Assembly: GCF_004010195.1 (NCBI RefSeq)
Contig: NC_057719.1
Location: 19,477,562-19,541,561 of the forward strand
From: Chiloscyllium plagiosum
Taxonomy: Eukaryota
Direction: 5' to 3'
DNA: 64,000 nucleotides
Shown: positions 25,140-38,789 of the stretch, piece by piece
How positions within the stretch are numbered: position 1 is the stretch's first letter
Layout: every line of letters begins with the position of its first letter
Made by a program: the position numbers and the translations under genes
Notes under the pieces: generated by a model
Told to the model about the DNA's origin: nothing
The model's database searches: none
Seen by the model: only the letters and a program-made list of their open reading frames with translations

Positions 25140-26507
25140 CTGGTGCATTGTTTTCATTTTATTAATTTTTTTTGTACACTACCTTAACAGATTGGGATCT
25201 ACCTAAAGTACCAAGTTGATCTTTCCTGGCCCTGTTTATGAATTTTGGATAAATGGGTTAATGACTGCTTTGAAAGAACACCCAAGGGAATTTCATGTAA
25301 CCGTATTAACCAATGCACAACCGGAGGAAATTAAATCCCTTTGTGCTTTAGCAGTTTGAATGAGATGAAAGGAAATAGTGATTAGAAAAGTAATTTCTTT
25401 TAATAACAGTGGAGCTCCTGAGACTTGCTTGGTAATACAGCAATCAAGGCATGAAGGACAGAAATGACTTCAGCCATCTAAGTTTAAATTTGAATTTAAA
25501 ACTCTTGGACTTTTATGAAATTGAGACTAGATTTCAGATCACTTTTGGGCAGTTGTATAGTGGCTGCTCTTTGTTTTGTTGTGAGTGTTACTGCATTAAC
25601 TATCTGATGTTCTTGACAGTTTACACAATAAAACGTCTTGAGATTAGGACTGCTGTGTGATTAAAACCTATGTGATGTGTGCTGAACTTGAAAAAAAAGT
25701 GCGATATCTCCTTTCCCAAAAGTTTGAAAATTATTCTTGTTCTTTGGGTCATTGGACACCAAGAACAGGCCTGTATTAGGATGTAGGTGCATGTATGCAG
25801 CCTATTTTCCATTTGGTTTGTAACATAAGTACTGTTAGTACTGTTAGTTATGGCTGTTCTGAAACCACATTTAAGCATTGCAGAGAAAGAAGCGGACCGA
25901 AATTATATGGGACAAGAAAACCAATTGCAATGTGGCCATTACTGTTGGAATTGAGAGTGTTGGCTCCATTCTGAGGCTGAAGGTTATGGGTTCAAGCACG
26001 CTCCACAAGTTATGCACATTTCCTAGGTTTTTCAGTGCAATACCATCTGAAATCCTGTATTTCAGTGCAACATTAAACTGACGCCCTGCATATCCACTTA
26101 AGCTGATGTAAAAAATATTAAAGCATTGTTTGTGCAAGAATGGGAGAGTTGGCCTGGCTGACATTCATTTCTCTATCAATGCCAGTGAATGTATATGACT
26201 CCACCATTAATTTCATGTATGTATTTGTGTAAATTGGGTGTTGTATTTTTCTGCATGATGCCAGTAACTGTATTTCAGAAACCCTTCATTGACAAGGAAG
26301 TGAGAGGATGTATATATTAATGCAGGTCCTTTCAAGTAGTCTGCTCCTCACATTGCATCTAACAAAGATATTCCTGTTGTTCCACAGTAAACAAAATATT
26401 TCAGTAAGTGTTGCTGTTCCTGACAGAAACCATCAAGGCCACAAGGTCTAACTGAAACAATTAGTGATTGGTTCTCTTGAAATTAACAAATTGGGTGAAC
26501 ATTTGTG

Positions 26508-26865
26508 GAGGTATGGACAGGGTGTATAGCAAAAAATATTTTCCCAGAATGGGGTCTCAATTACTGTGGGTTAGTGGGTTATAAGTTCAAGGTGAGAGGG
26601 TAAGTATTTAAGGGAAATATGCATGAAAAGTTATTTATGCAGAGGGGGGTGGGTGCCTGAAACGTGTTGCCAGCAGAGGTGGTAGAGGCCGGCGCAATAT
26701 CTTCCTTTAAGATGTATCTAGACAGATACATGAATGGGCAGGGAGCAGAGGGATACAGATCCTTAGATAACAGGTGACAGGTTTAGATAGAGGATCTGGA
26801 TCAGCACAGGCTTGGAGGGCTGAAGGGCCTGTTCCTTTGCTGTAATTTTCTTTGTTCTTTGTTCT
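26508..26865 (+). mobile_element. CR1 LINE 3' fragment
   Basis: FKVRG..F.G, VGA*NVLPAEVVEA, 3' stem-loop and (TTCTTTG)n tail. Confidence 0.85.
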
Positions 26866-29434
26866 AACTCTAAAGTTGAAGGAAACTATTGTGAAATCAT
26901 TTGGCTTTTATTTGTCTTTTGTTAAGGTTTGTTTTTTTTCCCTCTAAACCAAAATCTGGAATGTGACTAGATACATGTTTTCTACACACTGGCAAGAGCA
27001 AGTCATTTTATTCTGACAAGTAACTTGTTAGCTGTTGAGAACTTTCGAGCTTCACTGTCCCTAAGAATGTTTATTGTGGATGTTTGGGCAGCAAATCTTG
27101 CCCTAAATGTAACATGTTCTTATTTTTAAATATGCATTCTTAGATTGACAATCAGGAATCATATCTATTTACACTTGAACTATATTCAAAGATAGCCCTG
27201 AGCTTTCAGGAAAGCTCGTGGAACTTATCCTTACCCACCATTGCAGAAAATAACCCAGACGTTTAGATTGTTGCAATCCCCTTACAGCTTTTGCAGCTTC
27301 TTAAAGTTAATGAGGTTACATTTTCTTCCAACCATTGAAATAAATGTACAACTGAGACTTATTCTGTTTATCATCTATTCATGAGAAAGAGCATACTTTT
27401 CCATAGTTTGTTAAGATGGATAGGTTAGTGACATAATTTTGTTCAAGACATATTAGTTCTTGTAATGTAGGTAATGTTGGCATTTTACCTATCCCCTCTT
27501 GCAGTGGGAGGATATTAGTGTCATTATTCTTCAAATTATTGTTTTACAACTGAGCTGTTACTTAAAATTACTTGAAAGAGTTAACCATTGAGTATGGAGT
27601 TGGAGCAATTATAGGTGATTGGTGGCAGTTACCATTCCCTGAAGGACATTGGTGAACTCGGTAGGTTTTTACATCCATTTAGTAGATTTCTGGTGCACTG
27701 CATAAATTACCAGAATAAATATATTAATTTTATATATTGCCACGGTGAAATTCAAAGATATGACTTTAGGTCCAAAAGCATAATGACTACACTACTATGT
27801 TCAACTAATTGATTAGCAATTACATCATCACATCACTAATCAAGTTTGCCAATAACTTGTTTTATTAACTTTGATTAAAAGTTGATTAGAAAATTAAATT
27901 CCTCTTCCAATTTAACAAAGTTAGATGAAATTTTCCCCACAGTGAGTGAGTTAATAAAAGACCACAGTCTCAGAAGCCACACTTTACAAAGCTGCAGATT
28001 ACTGTGATTCCATTAATGAGATATTATTACGGAGGAAAACTGACGTTCTTCAATTTTCCACAGAAGGAGGAACTTAGTACTCCTTAAGGATTCTCACAAA
28101 AACACGGTGCAGCAGTTTATGGTGTGTTCCGTCTGCAAACGTGGAATCTTCCCATAGTGAAAAGTTTGGTTTTGGTACTCAGTTTGTAGACAGTGCGAAT
28201 CCAGATATTAGCCTGTGTCTGGAGTTCTTGACCCACTCCAAAAGAAAAGAAAATACAAATGTAATAATGATACCCCTTTAAATCATAGTGAAGGTTTGGC
28301 TTATGCCACTTATTGGACTTACCATACAACTAAAATGATAGGAATATCGACAAAGCAGCATGCAGTGATTTTTCTCCTTGCTGGATAAGTTAGTTGCAGT
28401 CAATAAATTCACTCATCCTTTGTTAAAATTTATTTCAAAAATATGGATTAAAAAGAGGAAAGAAAGTGTTGGTTTGAGGTGCGGCAGATTGACTGAGGCA
28501 CTGGAAGGTCTGCTTTGCCTCTATGAGCACTGTAGCTGTCTTGGCATGCTGTCGAGAAGCTGGCTGCGCTCAGCTGGTGGCGATATTCTTGGCTGTAAAA
28601 GCAGTGTTTGCCCTCTGCCACTCACGGGGAGCAATTCTGTTGAACTGTCTCATCCTGACATTTTCATCATCAATCTCTTCATTAGCAGCCTGGCTGCAGA
28701 CAGAGAGCTCAAGCAGGCAGCAGCCCTTTGTCACATCTCAAGGAAGCACCAGGCTTAGGAACCTTGTTCTTTCTCTTCATGTCTGAGGTGGCTCTTGCGT
28801 GGGGGAGATGGGAAAAGATAGAACGATATTGTGGCAAAAAGCTCTGGCACTGTAAAAATTACAGCACCTATCAAAATAAACAATTACTGTCCCTTCTGCA
28901 AACCTATGTCGGACAAAAGTTCGAAATTTCTTCTCTTTACTTTTTCCCTTTTAGGGCCACACAGATTTGCAGTTAGCACATGTTATGTAATGCAAATCAG
29001 TCTTAGACTTAAGTGGCAGTATTTCACTTGCGGCAAATGAACTTTGCCAGAAATAAATGTGTCATGAGAATAATGCAATGGTCAGGTTTTCTCAAAGTTT
29101 ACTTAAAGTAAACTTGGAGACAATCAGATCAATGTACATTCCCGTAAACCATTTGTTTTGGCAAACTCTGTTCCATGTAAGTGAACTGCTACCACTTATG
29201 TTAAAGTTTGTGAAGACAGCAACCAGATCTGACTTTTTCAGAGCATTTCTAATGCTCAAGGAGATTCTATGTTAATATTCGTTTGGGATTCTCTTACCTA
29301 GAGAGTTTAGGAATTGAATATATTTATGGCTAAATTGGGCAGAACTTTTGAGTTAAGGGATGTAGAGGGCAGGCAGGAACGGGGACTTTTGAATGATGGA
29401 GCAGACTCAAAATGGCAAATGGCCTATATTTCTC

Positions 29435-30312
29435 ATAGTCATAGAGTCATAGAGATGTACAGCATGGAAACAGACCCTTTGGTCCAACTCGTCCAAGCTG
29501 ACCAGATATCCCAACCTAATCTAGTCCCATTTGCCAGCATTTGGTCCATAATCCCTCTAAACCCTTCCTATTCATATACCCATCCAAATGCCTTTTAAAT
29601 AATGCAATTGTACGAGCCTCCACCACTTCTTCTGGCAGCTCATTCCATACATGTACCACCCTCTGCATGAAGAAGTTGCCGCTTAGGTCCCTTTTATATC
29701 TATGCCATCTAGTTCTCCCAGCCCATGGAAAAGACTTTGTCTATTTTTAACCCCTCAGCCTTCGACACGCAAGTGAAAACAGTCCCAGCCTATTAAACCT
29801 CTCCCTATAGCTCAAATCCTCCAACCTTGGCAACATCCTGATAAATCTTTTCTGAACCCTTTCAAGTTTCACAACATCCTTCCAAAAGGAAGGCGACCAG
29901 AAGTGCACACAATATCCCAAAAGTGGCTTAAGCAATGTCCTGTAAAGTCACAACATGACCTCACAACTCCTGTACTTAATGCTCTGACCAATAAAGGAAA
30001 GCATACCAAACACCTTCTTCACTATCCTATCTACCTGCGACTCCACTTTCAAGAATTATGAACCTGCGCTCCAAGGTCTCTTTGTTCAGCAGCACTCCCT
30101 AGGACCTCACCATTAATTGTAGAAGTGCTGCTCAGATTTGCTTTCCCAAAATGCAGCATCTCGCATTTATCTAAATTAAACACCATCTGCCATTCTCAGC
30201 CCATTGGCCCATCTGATCAAGATCCCGCTGTAATCTGAGGTAACCTTCTTTGCTGTCCACTACACCTCCAATTTTGGTGTCATCTGCAAACTTATTAACT
30301 ATACCTCTTGTG
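29435..30312 (-). mobile_element. HER1/CR1 LINE 3' fragment
   Basis: (CATAGAGT)n tail; ORF 29747..29935 YCVHFWSP..LERVQKRFIRMLP. Confidence 0.9.
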
Positions 30313-30384
30313 CTCAACACTTATATTTTAAGTGTTTATATTCTTAACAGCAGTCAAATTACTTTAAAAGGCATGGACAGACTC

Positions 30385-30522
30385 CCAGGCCTTGCTTTTC
30401 TTTACCCCCACCCTCCTCTAGCTTATCTCTCCCTGCTTCAGGCTCTCTGCCTTTATTCCTAATGAAGGGCTTTTGCCCGAAACGTCGATTTTACTGCTCC
30501 TCGGATGCTGCCTGAACTGATG
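30385..30522 (+). mobile_element. Penelope-like terminal fragment
   Basis: CTAATGAAGGGCTTTTGCCCGAAACGTCGA (mutated hammerhead core) and GATGCTGCCTGAAC. Confidence 0.75.
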
Positions 30523-30785
30523 TTTTAATAACCCATCTAGTTCACTGACGTCCAGGAAGAATTGGAATTTGCTATTGTTACTTTTTCTGGCCTAAATGTG
30601 ATGCCAGATTCTCGGCAACGTAGCTGACTCTCAACTGGTCCTCTGAAGTGGCCCAGCAAGCTATTCAGTCATATCAAATCATTACAGAGACTAAATAAAG
30701 GAATGAAACTGGACAAACCACCATAGGTGCCAGAAAAAAACACCACAAACTCAGCCCTGCTGTTTCTTATCCACATCTGAACTGA

Positions 30786-31856
30786 GTTTTTTTTTGAAGA
30801 AATTAACAAAGGGGATTGATGAGGGCAGAACGATGGACGTGATCTATGTGGACTTCAGTAAGGCATTCGACAAGGTTCCCCATGGGAGACTGGTTAGCAA
30901 GGTTAGATCTCATGGAATACAGGGAGAACTAGCCATTTGGATACAGAACTGGCTCAAAAGTAGAATACAGAGGATGGAGGCCTATGACCAGTGGAGTGCT
31001 ACAAGAATTGGTGCTGGGTCCACTACTTTTCATCATTTATATAAATGATTTGGATGTGAGCATAAGAGGTATAGTTAGTAAGTTTGCAAATGACACCAAA
31101 ATTAGAGTTGTATTGGGTAGCAAAGAAGGTTATCTCAGATTACAACAGGATCTTGATCAGATGGGCCAATGGGCTGAGAGTGGCAGATGGTGTTTAATTT
31201 AGGTAAATGTGAGGTGCTGTATTTTGGGAAAGCAAATCTTAGCAAGACTTATACACTTAATGGTGAGGTCCTTGGGAGTGTTGCTGAACAAAGAGACCTT
31301 GGAGTGCAGATTCATAGTTCCTTGAAAGTGGAGTCGCAGGTAGATAGGATAGTGAAGAAGGCATTTATTATGCTTTCCTTTAATTTACAAGGATGTTGCC
31401 AAGGTTGGAGAATTTGAGCTATAGGGAGAGGTTGAATAGGCTAGGGCTGTTTTCCCTGGAGCTTCGGAGGCTGAAGGGTGACCTTATAGAGGTTTACAAA
31501 TTCATGAGGGGCATGGATAGGATAAATAGACAAAGTCTTTTCCCTGGGGTGGGGGAGTCCAGAACTAGAGGGCATAGGTTTAGGGTGTGAAGGGAAAGAT
31601 ATAAAAGAGACCTAATGGGCAACATTTTCACACAGAGGGAGGTACATGTATGGAATGAGCTGCCAGAGGAAGTGGTGGAGGCTAGTACAATTGCAACATT
31701 TAAAAGGCATTTGGATGGGTATATGAATAAGAGGATTTTGGAGGGATATGGGCCAAGTACTGGCAGGTGGGACTAGATTGGGTTGGGATATCTTGTCGGC
31801 ATGGACAGGTTGGACCAAAGAATCTGTTCCGTGCTGTATATCTCTGTGACTCTATG
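30786..31856 (+). mobile_element. HER1/CR1 LINE 3' ~1.07 kb
   Basis: DVIYVDFSKAFDKVPHGRL, LGPLLFIIYINDLD, KFANDTKI; tail CTCTGTGACTCTATG. Confidence 0.92.
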
Positions 31857-32439
31857 CGGGGGCTTGTGCAAAAATTAGGTGAGCTGGTCCACTGTAGTCA
31901 AATTACAGTCTGGCATTCTCATACCTATGGAATTATACCTAACAACAGCCAAGGCACCACTATCCCTGGGTCTGTCTTGAGGTGGTGGCACAGAGAATGA
32001 AGAATTTGCCCTGGGAGTCTTCAATATTGATGCCAGACTGCATGATATCTCAGGTCAAAACTAAGAAACCTCCTTTTGGTTACCATCTACTACTCCCCAC
32101 ACCTAGCCATCAGCTGATGAATAATCTGTGCTTATCTGTGTTGAACACCCTTCGAGCAAGCACTTGAGATGTGAAGGGCATAGAATATGTACTCTGGGTG
32201 GGTATCTATCACCAGCAGGAATGGCTCAGCAGCAGCAATACTGACTGAGCGGTTTAAGTCCCAAAGGACATAGGAGCTAGACTAAGTCTGCAGTAAGTGG
32301 TGTGGGAGCCAGCAGGAAAGGCATACCTGCTTGACCTTGTTCAAATCAATCTAACTTTCGAAGGTAAGAGTAATGATGACAGCGTCAGTCGGACTGCTCA
32401 TTGCACAGTTGTTGTGGAGATGAAGATCCAACTTCACAT

Positions 32440-33516
32440 TGTCACCACCGCTGGAGTGGTGCACCAGAAATCAAATCCCACTATTCCCAGATTTGTACCA
32501 AATAAAGTTTTTGTATAAGTACACAGTTTCCCAATTTACCTGACTTCCAGTCCAATATTGATAGGAAGCAAAGATCTGGTTTCCATATCAAACATAATTA
32601 TTTATTAGAAGTAAGTAGGCTATAGCTGCAGGTGAACAGGTGGAAACCATTGCCATATAGCACTATTAACTAAAACTCTAATCCCCTGATAAAGTTGTCC
32701 TTAAACACACACACACACACATGAAATAGATTAATTGCAAAGGTAGACAAACTGGAAAGTCAGTTCAGTGGTCCTTGTTTCAAAGTTTCAATGTTTAGAT
32801 AGTCCTTCATCAGCTAGTCAGATCCCTTGTTGTTTAGATGTCTTTCTTTGATACTTCCACTGGTTTGGATGAAGTACACAGTCACCAATTAATTTCAAAA
32901 GTCACAGTTTACAGCAATTACTGCAGGACAAATAGCTGGTTTAAGGGTTTGAACTGAGTTTTTGGACAGAACAGAGAGCTTCTGGGCAGGGATCTGATCT
33001 GCACATTTCTTTTCCATCGCTCTCCATCTCTCTCTCTCTCTATTTCTGTAACTTGCTTTCAGCTCTAAGATGCTCAGTTATCTCAGAACCAATTGTACAG
33101 TTGTCGGTAAGCAAAAGGTCTAGAGTGCAGTGCTGGAAAAACACAGCAGGTTAGACAGCATCCAAGGAGCAGGAGAATTGACAGTTTGAGAAATAAGCTC
33201 TTCATCAGGAATGAGGCTTGTGGGCACAAGCCTCATTCCTGATGAAGGGCTTATGCCCAAAATGTTGATTCTCCTGCTCATTGGATGCTGCCTAACCTGC
33301 TGTGCTTTTCCAGTACCACATTCTTGATTCTGATCTCCAACACCTGCAGTCATCACTTTCTTACAGCTTATTCACACAGTTGTTTTCAATCCTTGCCATG
33401 AATATAACCTTACTTCCTTTCAAAACTGCAGTTTAAAAGTCTGATTTTTAAAACCGTTCTCTCTCATTTCAGACTCCACATTTCAAAAACACAAAAATGC
33501 AACACATATCCTTACA
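32440..33516. mobile_element. Solo LTR-like insertion with a nested PLE
   Basis: TGTCAC...TTACA interrupts the LINE frame; ACAT(T) on both sides; internal (CA)n and (CT)n. Confidence 0.5.
33118..33360 (+). mobile_element. Penelope-like palindromic mini-element
   Basis: Arms mirror around GAGGCTTGTG-GG-CACAAGCCTC; CTGATGAAGGGCTTATGCCC with mutated GAAA. Confidence 0.82.
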
Positions 33517-35059
33517 TTGATGATACCCTCCATTGTATTGTGCAGCACTTCCACTGTGTTAAATGAGATAGAATTTGAACAGATCTAGCAGCTCAAAATT
33601 GAGGACCTATTTCACACTGTGCACAGTCAGCGGTATTAACTGTATTCAACCACAACTTGTAACTGTATGGGCCAGCGTAAGATACCGTCTGAGAATAATC
33701 TGCTCACTGGCACTCAATTTGGGTTCCACCAAGGATACTTGGCTCCTTACCTAATCACCATTTTTATTTTACATAGAGGTAAGGTGAGAGTGACTGCCCT
33801 TGATATCAAGGCAACATTGCATGAAGATCAAGAAGCCTCAGTACAATTGGAATCAATGGGAATTGTGGGAAAGCTCTGTTCTGGTTGGAGTCACACCTAA
33901 TACAAAAGAAAATGGTTGAGCTTATTGGAGGTGTTCCTTAAGGTGGTGTCCTAAGCCCAATCATTTTCAGCTGCTCAATCATTGACCTTCCCTTTATTAT
34001 TATGTCTGCATCTTCACATACTGAAGCAGTGATTTCCTTATGTGGCAAGACCTGAGTAACATCTAGGCTTGGCCAAATGGATGGTAAATAACATTCACAT
34101 TCATATAAATGCCAGTCAATGACTATCTCCAATAAGAGAAAATCTAACCATTGCCTTTTGACAGTCAATGGTATTACCATTGCTGAATTCCCTACTATGA
34201 ACATCCTGGATACCAGAAACTGGACTGACTATCCATAAAAAATATTGTGGCTACTAGAACAGGTCAGATTTAAGAATTCTGTGATGAATAACTCACCTTC
34301 TGTCTCCCCAGATCCTGTCCTCCATCTGTAAGGCACAAGTCAGGAGTGTGATGGAATACTCCCTACTTGCCTGGATGAGTGCAGCTCTAACAATACTCAA
34401 GAAGCTTAACACCATACAGAACATAACAGCCCACTTGATTGCCACCCCTTTCATGACTTTCAATATTCACTTCCGTTACCAATTGATTGCCAATGTGCAC
34501 CATCTGGAAGGTGTGCTACAATAACTCGACCAAGACGATTCCAACAGCATCTTCCAAATGCTGGTCCACTACCATCTGCAAGGACTAGGGCAGCACATAC
34601 ATGGGAATAACTCCACCTAGAAGTTCCCATCCAAGGCACACGCCGTCCCATTTCACTGTTCCTTCACTGTCACTGGATCAAAGCCCTGGCACATCCTTCC
34701 TGATAGCACTGTGGCTGTCTCAGCACCCCAGGCACTGCAATGGCTCAAAGCCACATTAGCCTTCCTTTTGCCAGGGCAATTAGGGTTGAGCAATAAATGT
34801 TGACCTAATTGTGATGGCCACATCCCATGAAATGAATAAAGCACAAAACAAGGAGTTAGGAAAGGTCCTAAGTCCCAGGTGTTATTAATTCCTAATTGTT
34901 AATCCAATTGTAAATGTCTTATTGCATTGTGAAAACATAAACAGTTACACTTGAGGCTGAGTGAGTGCTCTTTCAGTCTGCATTCACTATTCTGTGGGCC
35001 ATATCATGAAATAAAAATACTTGTCCAAGTTATCAAGATAACAAATTATACACATCCAT

Positions 35060-36075
35060 ATGAGTTCCTGGAGGGGATAGCACATTCTGTGGATAAAGGA
35101 GATTTAGTGGAGGTACTACATCGAGGTTTCTAAAAGGAATTTGATGAGGTGTCATATCAATTATTTTGTTTCAAAAATAAAACCTCATGGCTAAGAGGGT
35201 AACATCTTGGCATGGAAAGAAAAATTAGCTGGTTAATTAAGGAAGCAGGGAGTTGGTATATATGGGCCCTTTTCAGATTGGCAAGATGGTATGTCACAGA
35301 AATCAGTGCTGGGTCTATAACTGTTTATCATTTATATAAATTACTTGGATGAAGGCACGCAAGATGTGGGTTTCTCTCCACAGATGCAGCCAACTTTACT
35401 GATGACTTAAAGATAGATAGGTATGTAAATTTGTAGAGATGACGTAAGGAGGCTACAAAAAGACATGAATAACTGAGCGAACAAAGACCTGGCAAATGGA
35501 GTGTAATGTGGGAAAATGTCAAGGTGCAGCAAGCAATTAAGAATGCTAATCAAATATTATCATTTATTGCATGGCAAATTGAACACAAAAGTAGGACAAT
35601 TATGTTTTGGCTGTACATGACACTAGTAAAGCCATAACCTTAAGGAAGGATATAAATGCAGTGGAGGCGGTATTGGAAGCACTTCAGAAAATACCAGAAC
35701 AATATTGGAACAAGAGGGATATCTAATGATGAAAAGCTTGACAGATTAGGCTTGCATCTGCTGGAATAAGAGGCAACTTGATTGAAGCATATAAGATCCT
35801 GAAGTATCTGACTGGGTAATTTGGGAGAGAGTGTTTCCTCTTACAGGAAAATCAAGAACTGTGGGTCACTAAAAGTCAATGGTCGTCTATTTAAAACCGA
35901 GATCCGGTAAAAGCTTTTCGTCCCTGAGGGTCCTAAGTCTTTGAAACACTCTCCCTAAAAAGCAGAGTCCTTGAATATTTCTAAAGCAGAGGTAGATGGA
36001 TTATTGATAAACAAATGGTAAACGTTTATCTGGGATAGGCAGGTTATAATCATATTAGCCATGATCTTACTGATG
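35060..36075 (+). mobile_element. Old CR1 LINE, highly degraded
   Basis: Remnants of EFLE..VDKG, F.K.FD.V.H, YINYLDEG and the CR1 3' region. Confidence 0.65.
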
Positions 36076-36099
36076 ACTCATCAGGCTGAATTGGAAGTG

Positions 36100-37300
36100 T
36101 ATGGTAAAATAGGGCAAAGTCAGCATGATTTCATCAAGGGGAAGTCATGTCTGACAAATCTGCTGGAATTCTTTCAGAAAGTAATGAGCAGGTGAGACCA
36201 AGGAGAGCAAATGGATGTTACCTACCTGGACTTCAAGAAGGCCTTTGTCAAGGTGCCTCACAGGAGGCTGCTGAGTAAGATAAAGGGATCATGGTGTCAG
36301 AGACAAGGTGCTAGCATGGATAGAACATTTGCTGTCTAGCAGAAAGCAGAGAGTGAGGATGAAAGGGTCTTTCTCCGGATGGCAGCCAGTGACAAGTGGT
36401 GTTCTACAAGGCTCAGTGTAGGGACCACAACTTTTCACTTTATACATTAATTATTTAGACGAAGGAACTGAGGGCATTCTGGCTACGTTTGCAGATGATA
36501 CAAAGATGGGTAGAGGGACAGGTAGTATTGAGGAGGCGGGGAAACTCCTTAAGGATTTGGAAGGTTAGGAGAATGGGCAAAGAAGTGGCAGGTGGAGTAA
36601 AACGTGGAAAGGTGTGAGGTCATGCACTTAGGTAGGATGAATAGAGGCGTGGGCTATTTTCTAAATGAGAACATTCAGAAGTCTAAAATGCAAAGAGACT
36701 TGGGAGTTCGAGTCGAGGATTCTCCCAAGGTAAACTTGAAGGTTAAGTCAGTAGTTAGGAAGGCAAATGCAATGATGGCATTTGTTTTGAGATGACTTAA
36801 ATATAAAAGCAGGGATGCACCTCTAGGGCTGTATAAAGCTGTGGTCAGACCACATTTGGAATATTGTGCACAGTTTTGAGCCCTATATCTCAGGAACGAT
36901 GCACTGACCCTGGAGGAGGGATCTAATTGAAACTGAGAGAATACTGAATGGCCTGACTGAATGAATGTTGGGAAGCTATTTCCATTGGTAGGAGAGACTA
37001 GGACCCAAGGGCACAGCCTTAGAGTAAAGGGAAGGACTTTTGGAACAGAATTGAGGAGAAACATCTTCAACCAGAAAGTGGTGAATCTATGGAATTCACT
37101 GCCACAGAAGGCTGTGGAGGCCAGGTCATTAAGTATATTTGAAATGGAGATCGGTAGGTTCTGAGTATCAAAGGGATCAATGGGTACCAGGAGAAAGCAG
37201 GAGAATGGGGTTGGGAAACTTATCAGCTATGATGGAATGGAGGAGCAACTTGATGGGTTGAATGGCCTAAGTTTTGCTCCTATGTCTTTTGGTCTTAATG
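36100..37300 (+). mobile_element. CR1 LINE RT and 3' end
   Basis: KSCLTNLLEFF, YLDFKKAFVKVPH, FADDTK, LYKAVVRPHLEYC, WNSLPQKAVEA. Confidence 0.9.
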
Positions 37301-37500
37301 GCCTACTCATGCTCCTTGTCATATCTTCATTTATTAGGATTCAACAACAAGATAATAGAGACATACAAGATAATCAGAGGGTTAGATAGGGTGGACAGGG
37401 ACAGCCTTTTTCCAAGTATGGGGACGGCAAACACAAGGGGACACAACTTTAAAGTGAGGGAAGATAGGTATAAGACAGATGTCAGAGGTAGTTTCTTTAT

Positions 37501-38241
37501 TTGGGAATGCGATAGGTGGAAGGAAGTTAAAGTGAGGGTGATAGGCCGGAGAGGGGGTGGGGGCGGAGAGGTTGGGAAGAAGATTGCAGGTCAAGAAGGT
37601 GGTGCNNNNNNNNNNNNNNNNNNNNNNNNNNNNNNNNNNNNNNNNNNNNNNNNNNNNNNNNNNNNNNNNNNNNNNNNNNNNNNNNNNNNNNNNNNNNNNN
37701 NNNNNNNNNNNNNNNNNNNNNNNNNNNNNNNNNNNNNNNNNNNNNNNNNNNNNNNNNNNNNNNNNNNNNNNNNNNNNNNNNNNNNNNNNNNNNNNNNNNN
37801 NNNNNNNNNNNNNNNNNNNNNNNNNNNNNNNNNNNNNNNNNNNNNNNNNNNNNNNNNNNNNNNNNNNNNNNNNNNNNNNNNNNNNNNNNNNNNNNNNNNN
37901 NNNNNNNNNNNNNNNNNNNNNNNNNNNNNNNNNNNNNNNNNNNNNNNNNNNNNNNNNNNNNNNNNNNNNNNNNNNNNNNNNNNNNNNNNNNNNNNNNNNN
38001 NNNNNNNNNNNNNNNNNCCTCTCCAGCCTATCACCCTCACCTTAACCTCCTTCCACCTATCGCATTCCCAATGCCCCTCCCCCAAGTCCCTCCTCCCTGC
38101 CTTTTACTTTAGCCTGCTTGGCACACCTTCCTCATTCCTGAAGAAGGGCTTATGCCCAAAATGTCGATTCTCCTGCTCCTCAGATGCTGCCTGAAATGCT
38201 GCGCTTTTCCAGCAACACATTTTTCAGCTCTGATCTCCAGC
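37501..38241 (+). mobile_element. Penelope-like element with inverted arms spanning the gap
   Basis: 37501-37553 is the reverse complement of 38018-38071; PLE terminus with CTGAAGAAGGGCTTATGCCC at ~38138. Confidence 0.8.
37606..38017. other. Assembly gap (412 N)
   Basis: Run of N. Confidence 1.
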
Positions 38242-38789
38242 TTTACACTCCAAGTTTAAGTGTATTTAAGTCCTCATTGGACAGGCAAATGCATGTACAT
38301 GGAATAGTGTAGGTGGGATGGGCTTCAGATTAGTATGACAGGGCGGAGCAACATCGAGGGCCAAAGGGCCTGTACTGCGCTGTAATGTTCTGTGTTCTGT
38401 GTTCTAAGATCTATTAACCAGATTGCTTAATAAACACAAATATGGTTTTATTAACAAGACAAACCTACTCAATAAAGATACAACAATTGGTTAACATATG
38501 TAGTCTGTAATATAGAAGTATGAATAGCCATCCCTCTAAATATTTCCCACGTGCATATACACTTCAGGAAAAGAGAGAAAAAGCACATTTCTCTGCAGGG
38601 ATTGGTTTACTGATATAAAAGACTTTGGTCTATGGGTTAATCCTTATTCCCTCTCATAATTTTTACAAACATGAGTACTTGTTAAAGTTTCAAAACTTTA
38701 CAGACATATAAAACTGTTAATATCTTAATAGTTCATTAAATTGCTGTGTAACCCGTGCAAACCAACAGACTTATTTAAGGATCTTGCAT

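Larger units (their letters stand above)
30528..34842 (+). mobile_element. Near full-length decayed non-LTR LINE (clade unresolved, YKAQVRSVMEY type), interrupted by nested elements
   Basis: 5' body 30528-30780; endonuclease start ..GLVQKLGEL at ~31860; RT remnants QFGFHQG, ALDIKA, KAQVRSVMEYSLLAWM; tail ..ATGAATAAA at 34840. Confidence 0.75.
37352..38406 (+). mobile_element. CR1 3' fragment split by a PLE insertion
   Basis: IETYKIIRGLDRVD..RGHNFKVR (37352-37500) resumes at ~38250 and ends in (TGTTCTG)n. Confidence 0.8.

Noticed and set aside
37274..38194. Long ORFs (306, 162, 164 aa)
   Set aside because: Artefacts of reading through the N gap and TE fragments.
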